Below the pieces are notes generated by a model that was not told where the DNA came from, ran no database searches, and saw only the letters and a list, made by a program, of their open reading frames with translations. Source: Patescibacteria group bacterium (GTDB lineage: Bacteria > Patescibacteriota > Patescibacteriia > Patescibacteriales > UBA12075). Taken from it: 64,000 nt of DNA. A program made the translations under genes and the position numbers. Location of the stretch: positions 5,739-69,738 of the forward strand of contig JAYENK010000029.1 in NCBI GenBank assembly GCA_034722035.1, in the 5' to 3' direction. Of this stretch, positions 20,567 through 29,176 are shown piece after piece (within the stretch, counting starts at the first letter, position 1; each line of letters begins with the position of its first letter).

Positions 20567-20598
20567 AAAAAAAATCAGACATATTCTGGTTTTTTTTT
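20567..20598. terminator. Putative terminator after secY (A-run, short stem, T9)
   Basis: aaaaaaaatcagacatattctggttttttttt. Followed by an extended -10 tgtgttataat. Confidence 0.35.
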
Positions 20599-20627
20599 AT
20601 GTTTAATTGTGTTATAATATATAATAT

Positions 20628-22370
20628 ATGGAGCCTTTAATCAAGACGCAAAATTTAAATTTTACTTATAATGCCGGTAAAGATAATGAATATCAGGCGC
20701 TTATTAATATTAATCTTGAAATTTATCCTGAAGAATTAATTGTAGTTTTTGGTCCTTCCGGTTGTGGAAAGTCGACCTTGCTTAATCTTATTGCCGGCCT
20801 GGAAAGGCCGGAGGCAAATACGATGTATATTTTAGGTAAAGATATGCATAGTATGACCAAAAATGATTTTGCCATGTATCATCGCACACAGATAGGAATG
20901 ATTTATCAGCAATATAATTTAATTACCAGTTTGACGGTACTCGAAAACGTGGCTTTGCCTCAGGTGTTTATTAACGTAAATAAAGGCAAGCGCAATACAT
21001 GGTCGCGGTCGCTCTTGGAGCGTTTTGGTATATTGAAACAAGCTAAAAAAATACCGTCTGAATTGTCCGGTGGACAACAACAGCGGATTGGCATTGCCCG
21101 TTCGATCGTAAATAACCCTGATATAATTTTGGCAGATGAGCCGGTTGGTAATCTTGATTCAGTGTCAGCTAAAAATGTGTTGACGATTTTAGAAAAATTA
21201 AACGAAAAAGAAAAGAAAACTGTTATTTTAGTGACACATAATCCGGAATTTTTGGTGTACGGTGATCGCTTGTTTTATATGAAAGATGGAGTTATTACCC
21301 GAGAAGTGATAAACAAGGATCGTAAGAAAAGAGAAAGAGCCAAAGTTCTTCCCAAATCAACCGCCTCCGAAATAAATGATTTAATGCGCGCATATCACGG
21401 ACTTACTCCGGAGCAAATTAATATTTTAATTATGCCGTATAAGGCTAAAGCATTTGCGCATCATTTTGTTTCAAGCAGGAGTATGGAAGAGACAAAGATA
21501 CTTGAAGACGTGATCCAGCGTCGTTTGCTTGGCACGATTTCGCAGGAAGATTTTTTTGAAATATTAAAAAAGAGCATAACTGAGGGCGGAGTCGGTTTTG
21601 ACGTGCGTACGGCCGAGAAAATTTTACGCCGGGTTAATCGAATTATTCGTACTGCTTATTATATTTATCAAAACGAAAGGGTGCAAGAAGACGATAACGG
21701 AAAAAATATTAAAATTAGCGATATCGAAAAGGCAAAAAAAGTTACTTGGTATCTTTTGAATTCTTGCTATTTTAAACATTATAAGAATTTGGAAGGAGCG
21801 CAGATGAATCGTTTGCAGGAAAGCGTCAAAGAAAGATTGGTCGGAATTTTGCAAAAGGATAATTTTTTTGAAAAAATAGATAAGCCGTTTAAGGACGGTG
21901 GAGTCGGTTTGAACGTCAAAACAGCTAAGGCAATGGCAGAGGAGTTGGAGCTCATTCTTATTCTTGGTTTTGGTGTTGTTCAGAAGACTAGCATAGAAGA
22001 AAAAAATAAAAAAATAGAAAAAAATAAAGCCGAAACAAATGATATAAACAAACATAATGAGTTTGACAATAAAAATTTAATTTCACAGGAAGCCTTGTCT
22101 GCTGTGACAGAAAATATTACAGCCCAGGTGGCGACAGATGACGGTAATTCGGCAAAATCAGAGCAATCAGAGGCAATGACATTGAGCGGAGAAGAGGTGG
22201 TTAAATTAGCTGAGTCGGGATTTGCTTTTGATGACAAAGACAAGAAAAAAGCTAAGCCAAGTACGGCTGATTTGCTTGAAAAAGAGTTAAAAAATACCGA
22301 AGAACTAACCAGGCAATCAAAAGAGAATTTAAAAGATATTCCAAAAATAAAAAATGAAAATAATGAATAA
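20628..22370 (+). CDS. ABC transporter ATP-binding protein (MacB/LolD/FtsE class) with an approximately 350-aa C-terminal extension that includes an internal tandem duplication
   Basis: Walker A GPSGCGKST, signature LSGGQQQRIGIARS, Walker B ILADEP. The C-terminus has two roughly 55-aa repeats (VIQRRLLGTISQEDFFEILKKSITEGGVGFDVRTAEKI and VKERLVGILQKDNFFEKIDKPFKDGGVGLNVKTAKAM), then an acidic low-complexity tail. Confidence 0.85.
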   Translation: MEPLIKTQNLNFTYNAGKDNEYQALININLEIYPEELIVVFGPSGCGKSTLLNLIAGLERPEANTMYILGKDMHSMTKNDFAMYHRTQIGMIYQQYNLITSLTVLENVALPQVFINVNKGKRNTWSRSLLERFGILKQAKKIPSELSGGQQQRIGIARSIVNNPDIILADEPVGNLDSVSAKNVLTILEKLNEKEKKTVILVTHNPEFLVYGDRLFYMKDGVITREVINKDRKKRERAKVLPKSTASEINDLMRAYHGLTPEQINILIMPYKAKAFAHHFVSSRSMEETKILEDVIQRRLLGTISQEDFFEILKKSITEGGVGFDVRTAEKILRRVNRIIRTAYYIYQNERVQEDDNGKNIKISDIEKAKKVTWYLLNSCYFKHYKNLEGAQMNRLQESVKERLVGILQKDNFFEKIDKPFKDGGVGLNVKTAKAMAEELELILILGFGVVQKTSIEEKNKKIEKNKAETNDINKHNEFDNKNLISQEALSAVTENITAQVATDDGNSAKSEQSEAMTLSGEEVVKLAESGFAFDDKDKKKAKPSTADLLEKELKNTEELTRQSKENLKDIPKIKNENNE

Positions 22371-22373
22371 ATT

Positions 22374-23582
22374 ATGTTAGCTTCGGATATATTACGTTTG
22401 GCCACTAGAATGTTTCGAACCAACCGGTCTCGGACCGTTTTGACTATTCTTGGGATAAGCGTTGGTATTGGTACGATTTTGTTTTTGGTATCGCTTGGTT
22501 ATGGTATTCAGCAATTAATTTTGGATAGGATTACTACTTCTGACGCGCTCCTTAGTTTGGATGTTAGCACTGGAGATTTTGAAGCGCTTAAGCTTGATAA
22601 TGATTCGATTGAAGATATTTTTACAATTGAGAATGTAGACAAAGTTAGTCCGCTCGTCACTACGCAGGCGCAAATTACTATTAATGATATTTCATCAGAG
22701 CTTACGGCTAATTTCGCTGATCGTGAGTTTTTTCGTTTGGATGGAACGGTTTTAAAAAAAGGTGATTTTTATAGTGACAGCGAAGAGGATAAGAACAAGA
22801 TAATTTTATCATCTGCTTCTTTGCGTTTGTTTGATATTTCGGAAGAAGAGTTATTTACCAAGAAGTTAAAGTTTGTTTTTTTTACAGAGAGTAGTGAAGA
22901 AGGTAAGAATACAATTGTTCGTGATTTCATTGAGTCAGAGCTCGAGTTTGAGGTGGTGGGAATTGTAGAAGAAGAGAATTCCAACTATGTTTATTTACCT
23001 CGTAATTTAGGCGAAGAGCTTAATTTTAATAGATATTCAAAGCTTAAAGTAAAAGTTAAAAAAGAAGAACAGCTTAACGTGGTTCGAGATTCAATTATTG
23101 AAAAGGGCTATATCGTGAGCGCTTTGTCCGATATTATTGAGCAGGCCAATCAAGTATTCAAGGTGGTGCAAATAGTATTGGCTTCATTCGGTGTGGTTGC
23201 CTTGATTGTTTCTGCGATTGGAATGTTTAATACCATGACGATTGCATTGCTTGAGCGGACTCAGGAAATTGGCATTATGAAGGCGCTTGGAGCAACCAGT
23301 GTTGATGTTTGGAATTTGTTTTTGTCCGAATCGGTCATTATTGGTTTTCTGGGCGGGGTCGGAGGGATTTCGCTTGGATTACTGGGGGGAGAGGTTTTTA
23401 ATTATATGATTAATATTATGGCCGGAGCTTTTGGTGGAGAAAGTATCGATCTTTTCGCAACACCAATTTGGTTTATATTAACAATCATAATTTTTTCTAC
23501 CGTTGTCGGTCTGGCAACAGGATTTTATCCGGCCAGACGTGCCGCTAAAATTAGTGCAATGGAAGCGGTTCGCTACAAGTAG
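22374..23582 (+). CDS. ABC transporter permease, FtsX/MacB-type (TM1, approximately 210-aa extracytoplasmic domain, 3 C-terminal TM)
   Basis: C-terminal FtsX-domain pattern ...TIALLERTQEIGIMKALGAT...GFYPARRAAKISAMEAVRY. Starts 3 bp after the ATPase stop. Confidence 0.8.
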   Translation: MLASDILRLATRMFRTNRSRTVLTILGISVGIGTILFLVSLGYGIQQLILDRITTSDALLSLDVSTGDFEALKLDNDSIEDIFTIENVDKVSPLVTTQAQITINDISSELTANFADREFFRLDGTVLKKGDFYSDSEEDKNKIILSSASLRLFDISEEELFTKKLKFVFFTESSEEGKNTIVRDFIESELEFEVVGIVEEENSNYVYLPRNLGEELNFNRYSKLKVKVKKEEQLNVVRDSIIEKGYIVSALSDIIEQANQVFKVVQIVLASFGVVALIVSAIGMFNTMTIALLERTQEIGIMKALGATSVDVWNLFLSESVIIGFLGGVGGISLGLLGGEVFNYMINIMAGAFGGESIDLFATPIWFILTIIIFSTVVGLATGFYPARRAAKISAMEAVRYK

Positions 23583-23583
23583 T

Positions 23584-23617
23584 CAATTAAAAATTAAGAA
23601 TTAAAAATTAAGAATTA
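23584..23617. repeat. Tandem dimer of the dispersed AT-rich element (AAAAATTAAGAATTA x2) immediately after a stop codon
   Basis: caattaaaaattaagaattaaaaattaagaatta. Near-identical copies at 25321, 33803, 46330, 51989 and 56672. Confidence 0.5.
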
Positions 23618-23690
23618 CGGCTTCGCCCTTTGTCATCCCGGGCGTAGCGTAGCGAAGACCCGGGATCCAGGGAAGAGCAGTAGGAATTAT
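23618..23690. other. GC-rich hairpin element following the AT-repeat (possible terminator or small structured RNA)
   Basis: cggcttcgccctttgtcATCCCGGGcgtagcgtagcgaagaCCCGGGATcc has the nested stems cttcgc/gcgaag and atcccggg/cccgggat. It shares GGCTTCGCC with the rpsL leader element. Confidence 0.3.
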
Positions 23691-23739
23691 GAAAATAGTA
23701 TTGAGTATTTAAAATCAATTAATTTAAGTTTATAAAAAT

Positions 23740-24135
23740 ATGTTAGACAAAAAAGAAGTAAATCAAATTGAATTTAATGGAACAGAATCAGTTAAAAGTT
23801 TTGTTAAAAAGTATAAAAAAGAGTTTAGAAAAGTTTTTTCAAAAGAATTTAAAACACTTGATGGTGAACAAGTTGATTTTTTCGAACTTTTGGACAGAGT
23901 GATTGATGAAGCTAGAAATAGTGGGATTGATGGTAATAAAATTTATAGAATTTTCAAAAAAGATTTTAAGTTGGATTATAAAGATATGGATAAAGTTTTG
24001 TCAGTACTTCAAGAAAAATTAATGCCAGAAGGTGAAGAGAAAAAAAATGCCGATGAAAAACTAGCTAAGCGGCAAGAACACATCAGACAAATTATGGCAA
24101 TGATTCAGGCTGAGCAAGCTAAGTCTAATAATTAG
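23740..24135 (+). CDS. Hypothetical protein (131 aa, K/E-rich)
   Basis: Clean ORF with no recognisable motifs. Confidence 0.4.
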   Translation: MLDKKEVNQIEFNGTESVKSFVKKYKKEFRKVFSKEFKTLDGEQVDFFELLDRVIDEARNSGIDGNKIYRIFKKDFKLDYKDMDKVLSVLQEKLMPEGEEKKNADEKLAKRQEHIRQIMAMIQAEQAKSNN

Positions 24136-24143
24136 AGTTTTAT

Positions 24144-25334
24144 ATGGGGAACAGTATAAAAAATTTAGTCTTTGGCGGTGGTTCTAAGCCAAAAAAAAGC
24201 GCAGCCTCAAAGCTTGTTTTTGGTGATAAAGCTAAGCCCCCAAAAAGCAAGTTTTCTTCTTTGGTTTTTGGTAGTAAGAAAAAAACAGAAAGAACAGGAG
24301 CATCGGCTTTAGTTTTCGGAGACAGCAAAAAGCCACAGCGAACCGGCTGGGCTGCTTTGGCTTTTGGCACAGGTAAAAGCACTAAATATGAGCCGGATGA
24401 TTATGTGAGTGCACAATCGATGCGACCAAAACGACGTTTAAGCAGAGGGGATTATATTGAAGGTAAAAGTCTTCATAAAAGAGTAAGAGATTATAACAGA
24501 AAACATGCTGTTTCTGCTAAAGTTAGAGTTGAGGGAGAAAAGAATTTTAAAAATATAAAAATAAAAGATGGGAAATTGGGTGATATAATGAAGAGCGTGG
24601 TGAAAGAAGAAAGGTTTGTTGGCCGAACAGAAAGCAGTGCGGCCAATAAAATAGCAAATAAAAGAATAAAATATCGAGATAAAGAAGGTAATTTGACCGA
24701 GATTAAATTGGACCGAGCCACTAGAAGAAAACTAGCTAAAATGGCAACAGTTAGAGACTTTGAAAAGCCAAGCGAAGAAATACCGCAAGAAGTTAAAGCA
24801 GCTCGAATTGCCGCTTCTCGCGCTACTGCCGGTATTGCCAGTGAAAGGAGTGGAGACAGGAGTGACCCGCGCGCGAGACTTAGTAAAAATAAAGGTAGGG
24901 CGAGCGATATTGGCGCCAAAACCGTTGAAGAGGTTTCAAAAAAAACCGGGTTTGCACAATTAAGTAAAAGTGACAAAACAAGCGCTGGTTCGGATAAACA
25001 ACATGGTACAGCTTCAATTGAGCAAAGCAAAGAAGCAAGTGGAGTTACGTCTGGTATGGGAGCGAATAAAGAAGTTGGCACAAACGATAGTAAAGTAGAC
25101 GCAGAGCCAAAAAGTAAAAGCAGTGGACAACCGGTCGTGATTAGCGGTGGAGCGGGGATGAGCGAGGCAAGTCATCACGATGATGCTAAAGCGCAAGAAG
25201 AAAGAGTTAACAGTAGTGATGATGAATTTTTTTATTCAGCTAGAAAGGATATGGCATCAAATCGAAATAAAGTTGATTTTGCAAAATTAGTCGAAGAAAG
25301 AAAGGCTATGGACAAAGAATCAATTAAAAATTGA
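24144..25334 (+). CDS. Hypothetical basic low-complexity protein with five N-terminal tandem approximately 14-aa LVFG repeats
   Basis: NLVFGGGSKPKKSA / KLVFGDKAKPPKSK / SLVFGSKKKTERTG / ALVFGDSKKPQRTG / ALAFGTGKSTKYEP. The rest is K/R/S-rich and probably disordered. Confidence 0.45.
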   Translation: MGNSIKNLVFGGGSKPKKSAASKLVFGDKAKPPKSKFSSLVFGSKKKTERTGASALVFGDSKKPQRTGWAALAFGTGKSTKYEPDDYVSAQSMRPKRRLSRGDYIEGKSLHKRVRDYNRKHAVSAKVRVEGEKNFKNIKIKDGKLGDIMKSVVKEERFVGRTESSAANKIANKRIKYRDKEGNLTEIKLDRATRRKLAKMATVRDFEKPSEEIPQEVKAARIAASRATAGIASERSGDRSDPRARLSKNKGRASDIGAKTVEEVSKKTGFAQLSKSDKTSAGSDKQHGTASIEQSKEASGVTSGMGANKEVGTNDSKVDAEPKSKSSGQPVVISGGAGMSEASHHDDAKAQEERVNSSDDEFFYSARKDMASNRNKVDFAKLVEERKAMDKESIKN

Positions 25335-25380
25335 GAATTAAAAATTAATCTAGAGTATTTGGGAAAGAGTTAAATTTTTT

Positions 25381-26367
25381 ATGTTTATAGATATATTATT
25401 GTTTATATTGGGTTTTGTTTTTTTGGTGAAAGGAGCTGGTGTTTTGGTTGATGGGGCATCAGCGATCGCTAAGCATTTTGGTTTGTCGTCTTTTTTTATT
25501 GGGCTCACAATTGTTGCTTTTGGCACATCTCTACCTGAGTTAATTGTTTCGTTGATGGCGAGTTTACAGGGAAGTACCGGAATAGCGTTTGGTAATATTA
25601 TTGGTTCGAATATTTCTAATACTATTTTAATTCTTGGTGTTACGGCCATGGTGGCCCCGCTACTTGTAAAAAAGGCAACTATTAACAAAGAGCTTCCATT
25701 TTCTTTATTGGCAATTTTGGCGCTTGGCTTTTTAGTTAATGATATTTTTATTGATGGTAATGGTCCAGACGCTTTAACCCGAATTGATGGATTGATACTG
25801 CTTTTATTTTTTGCTATTTTTATTTTTTATACTTTTGGTATTAGTAAACCAAAGGAGAGCTTGGTCGAAAAAACAGTTGGCGATATTGGCAATGTTGACG
25901 ATGATGCAAACATGAAGAACACTAATGCAATCGGCATGATTATTGCCGGTTTGGCCGGTCTTTATCTTGGTGGTCGCTGGATTGTTAGTGGTGGTATTTC
26001 TTTTGCCGAGTTTTTTGGAGTTTCTGAGGCTTTAATCGGTTTGACTTTGGTCGCGATTGGCACTTCTTTGCCTGAATTAGTAACATCGGTTGTAGCGGCG
26101 CGTAAAGGCAAAACCGATATTGCGGTTGGTAATATTGTCGGATCAAATGTTTTTAATTTATTATGGGTACTTGGTTTATCTGCGTTATTTAGTCCGATAG
26201 CCTTTGATTTTTATTTGAATGTTGATTTGATTATTTTATTTATTGCCACAATTATATTAATTATTTTGACATATCTTGAAAAAAAGAATATATTATCTAA
26301 GAAAGAAGGAACTGTTTTAGTTTTGTTTTACTTTTTTTATATGGCATTTTTATTTTATCGGGGTTGA
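25381..26367 (+). CDS. Ca2+/cation antiporter (CaCA / YrbG family)
   Basis: Two alpha-repeats, GTSLPELIVSLMAS and GTSLPELVTSVVAA; about 10 TM. Confidence 0.8.
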   Translation: MFIDILLFILGFVFLVKGAGVLVDGASAIAKHFGLSSFFIGLTIVAFGTSLPELIVSLMASLQGSTGIAFGNIIGSNISNTILILGVTAMVAPLLVKKATINKELPFSLLAILALGFLVNDIFIDGNGPDALTRIDGLILLLFFAIFIFYTFGISKPKESLVEKTVGDIGNVDDDANMKNTNAIGMIIAGLAGLYLGGRWIVSGGISFAEFFGVSEALIGLTLVAIGTSLPELVTSVVAARKGKTDIAVGNIVGSNVFNLLWVLGLSALFSPIAFDFYLNVDLIILFIATIILIILTYLEKKNILSKKEGTVLVLFYFFYMAFLFYRG

Positions 26368-26407
26368 TTTGTTATTTTTAAAAATATTTGTTAATATCAA
26401 TGTAAAT

Positions 26408-27226
26408 ATGATTAGAATAAAAACTAAAGAAGAATTAATAATTATTAGAAATGGTGGTAGAAAATTAGCCACTATTTTAAATGAGGTAATTAAAATGGTT
26501 GCGATTGGAGTAAATACGGTCGATTTAGAAGCGCATGCTCTTCTTCGCATGAAAGAAGAGGGGGGTAAGCCGGCTTTTAAGGGTTACTTAATGCCGGATG
26601 GACGCGCTTTTCCCTCAGCCCTGATAACTTGTCTTAATAATGAGGTGGTGCACGCACCGGCTGTACCAGGAAGAATATTAAAAGACGGAGATATAATCAA
26701 AATCGATGTTGGTTTTATTTATCCAGTTCCTAATGAAGCAAATACGCGTAATAATTATCATGAGTCTGGTGGATATTTTACGGATATGAGCAAGACCGTG
26801 ATTGTCGGCCAAGTAGATGAAAAAGTTCAAAAATTAGTTGATACAACCAAAGAAAGTCTTTATGCGGGGGTTGATCGGGTCAAGCCGGGCAATACTTTAA
26901 ATGATATTGGCACTGCGATCCAGAAACATGTGGAAATGCGAGGTTTTTCGGTGGTGCGGGAATTAGTCGGACATGGCGTTGGACACGAATTGCATGAAGC
27001 GCCGCAAGTACCGCATTATGCGATTAAAGGCATGGAGTTTCGTAATGTAAAATTAAAATCAGGTATGGTAATTGCGATTGAACCAATGGTAAATATTGGA
27101 GATTGGCCGGTTAAAACAGGGGCAAACGGTTTTACCATTGAAACCAAAGACGGGAGCTTAAGCGCGCATTTTGAGCATAGTGTTGCGGTTACGGATGATG
27201 GATTTTTGATTTTGACCGAAGTTTAA
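26408..27226 (+). CDS. map: Methionine aminopeptidase type I
   Basis: MIRIKTKEELIIIRNGGRKLA...; the metal ligands D..D..H..E..E are present. Start chosen at the ATG at 26408 rather than the track's 26369. Confidence 0.9.
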   Translation: MIRIKTKEELIIIRNGGRKLATILNEVIKMVAIGVNTVDLEAHALLRMKEEGGKPAFKGYLMPDGRAFPSALITCLNNEVVHAPAVPGRILKDGDIIKIDVGFIYPVPNEANTRNNYHESGGYFTDMSKTVIVGQVDEKVQKLVDTTKESLYAGVDRVKPGNTLNDIGTAIQKHVEMRGFSVVRELVGHGVGHELHEAPQVPHYAIKGMEFRNVKLKSGMVIAIEPMVNIGDWPVKTGANGFTIETKDGSLSAHFEHSVAVTDDGFLILTEV

Positions 27227-27262
27227 AGATAAAGTAATTTAATAGAAATTAATAATAAAATT

Positions 27263-28210
27263 ATGACAACAAAACAAATATATAAGTTAGCGGTGGAGAT
27301 GGGGATGAAAGCTGATCTTCGCGGGCTGGCGAGTACAAAGAAGTATTTGGCAAAAACCAAAGAGGTTTATGAAAAATTAGATGATGAGGCTAAGGGGGAA
27401 TTTGATCAGGAAAAATTTGTAAATCCTTATTCAGATACCAGGATATTGCTTGATAATAATAAAAAAGAGATTAAAAAAGTTTTGGCTGGAATTGATATGG
27501 AGGGGCCGGAGCTTATGTTGGCCAAAGATATGGGGGATGTTGATCTTGTGATTTCGCATCATCCCGCAGGAAAAGCTTTGGCTGATTTGCATTCGGTGAT
27601 GGATTTGCAGGCGCAAGTTTTGGCGGGATACGGTGTGCCGATTAATATTGCCGAATCAGTAATGCGTCCCCGCATCTCTGAAGTTGGTCGCGGTGTTTCA
27701 CCGGCGAACCATAATCGGGCGGTTGACATTGCCCGTGTTCTTAAAATGGATTATATGTGTACGCATACAGTAGCAGATAATTTGGGCGCAAATTTTTTAA
27801 GCACATTAATTAAAAGAAAAAAACCGGAATTTGTCGGAGATTTAATCAAGATTATAAAAACTATTCCAGAGTACAAAGAATCTATTAAAATAAACGCCGG
27901 ACCGAAAATATTCGTTGGTAAAAGCGAAAATTCTTGTGGTAAAATCGTTATTACCGAGTTTACCGGCGGTACTAGCGGTGCTAAGGAAATTTATGAAAAA
28001 ATGGCTCAAGTCGGTATTGGTACAATCGTTGGTATGCACATGGGAGAGGAGCATCGAAAAGAAGCAGAAAAATACCATTTAAATGTCGTTATTGCCGGGC
28101 ACATGGCTAGCGATTCTCTGGGAATGAATTTGTTTTTGGACGAACTTCTACAAAAAAAAGTTAAAGTTGAGGTAATTTCGGGTTTAATTCGAGTGAAAAG
28201 AAAAAAATGA
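27263..28210 (+). CDS. Nif3-family dinuclear metal center protein (YqfO/DUF34)
   Basis: DLVISHHP motif and C-terminal Nif3 features. Confidence 0.7.
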   Translation: MTTKQIYKLAVEMGMKADLRGLASTKKYLAKTKEVYEKLDDEAKGEFDQEKFVNPYSDTRILLDNNKKEIKKVLAGIDMEGPELMLAKDMGDVDLVISHHPAGKALADLHSVMDLQAQVLAGYGVPINIAESVMRPRISEVGRGVSPANHNRAVDIARVLKMDYMCTHTVADNLGANFLSTLIKRKKPEFVGDLIKIIKTIPEYKESIKINAGPKIFVGKSENSCGKIVITEFTGGTSGAKEIYEKMAQVGIGTIVGMHMGEEHRKEAEKYHLNVVIAGHMASDSLGMNLFLDELLQKKVKVEVISGLIRVKRKK

Positions 28211-28274
28211 CAAATAAAGTAAAAAGTAGTATAATATCAATATAAATTGAAATATTATAATTTAAAATAAAACT

Positions 28275-29099
28275 ATGCATAAAGCAAAAATATTAATAAT
28301 AGAAGATGAAGAGGTTTTGGTTCAAGTAATATCAGCGAAGCTGAATAAGGTCGGATACAGCGTTGAAATTGCGGTAAATGGGGAAGAAGGGTTAAAAAAA
28401 ATTAACGATTATCAGCCGGATTTGATTTTATTGGACATTGTAATGCCAAAAGTAAATGGCTATGAAGTACTTGAGCAAATGCAAAAAGAAGGTATTAAAA
28501 TTCCGGTGATAATTATTTCTAATTCTGGGCAAGCGGTTGAAATTGAAAAAGCAGAGACCTTGGGTGCGGTCGATTTTTTGGTCAAAGCCAATTTTAGTCC
28601 GGAAGAAGTTTTGACTAAAGTAAAAAATTATTTAACACAAGCTTTAAATGCAGGCCAGCTAGAAAGTAAAACGGAAAAAAAAAGCGAAATTAAGCCGGAA
28701 ATAAATAAGGAAGTGCAACAATTGGGTGTAAAAATATTTTTAGTAGAGGATGATTCATTTTTGAGTGATATTTGCGGCAAAAAATTAATTAATGAAGGAT
28801 ATTCGGTTTACACGGCAGTCGATGGCAAAGAAGCAGTCAACGGCATTGCGCAAGCCAAACCAGACTTGGTTTTGTTGGATATTATTTTGCCGTCAATGGA
28901 CGGTTTTCAGGTGCTTTCGGCTATTCGGTTGAATCAAGACGAAAAAGTTTCTAATGTACCTATAATAATGCTTTCTAATCTGGGACAAGAAGAAGATGTA
29001 AAAAAAGCTATGGATGCAGGCGCCAACGACTATCTAATAAAAGCGCATTTTACAACCGAAGATATTATCAATAAAATAAAAGAGATATTAGCCAAATAG
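28275..29099 (+). CDS. Response regulator with two tandem receiver domains and no output domain
   Basis: The first receiver has ILIIEDE...LLDIVMPKVNG. The second has IFLVEDD...LLDIILPSMDG. Confidence 0.85.
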   Translation: MHKAKILIIEDEEVLVQVISAKLNKVGYSVEIAVNGEEGLKKINDYQPDLILLDIVMPKVNGYEVLEQMQKEGIKIPVIIISNSGQAVEIEKAETLGAVDFLVKANFSPEEVLTKVKNYLTQALNAGQLESKTEKKSEIKPEINKEVQQLGVKIFLVEDDSFLSDICGKKLINEGYSVYTAVDGKEAVNGIAQAKPDLVLLDIILPSMDGFQVLSAIRLNQDEKVSNVPIIMLSNLGQEEDVKKAMDAGANDYLIKAHFTTEDIINKIKEILAK

Positions 29100-29123
29100 T
29101 ATTTTGGATAATATTGAAAAAAT

Positions 29124-29154
29124 AACAGGTATAAGTTGGTATACTTGTTTTTTT
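29124..29154 (+). terminator. Rho-independent terminator after the first dual-receiver gene
   Basis: aacaggtata-agttg-gtatacttgtt + T7, followed by an extended -10 tggtataat for the histidine kinase. Confidence 0.45.
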
Positions 29155-29176
29155 ATTTTGTGGTATAATATATTTA

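Noticed and set aside
24491-25081. 196-aa minus-strand ORF inside the LVFG-repeat protein gene
   Set aside because: Lies entirely antisense to a longer ORF with a tandem-repeat structure. Its Leu/Ser-rich composition is typical of antisense translation of K/E-rich genes.
26369-26407. Upstream start 26369 for methionine aminopeptidase
   Set aside because: MIRIKTKEELIIIRNGGR at 26408 matches the conserved MetAP N-terminus. The 13 extra residues are hydrophobic filler overlapping the end of the antiporter gene.
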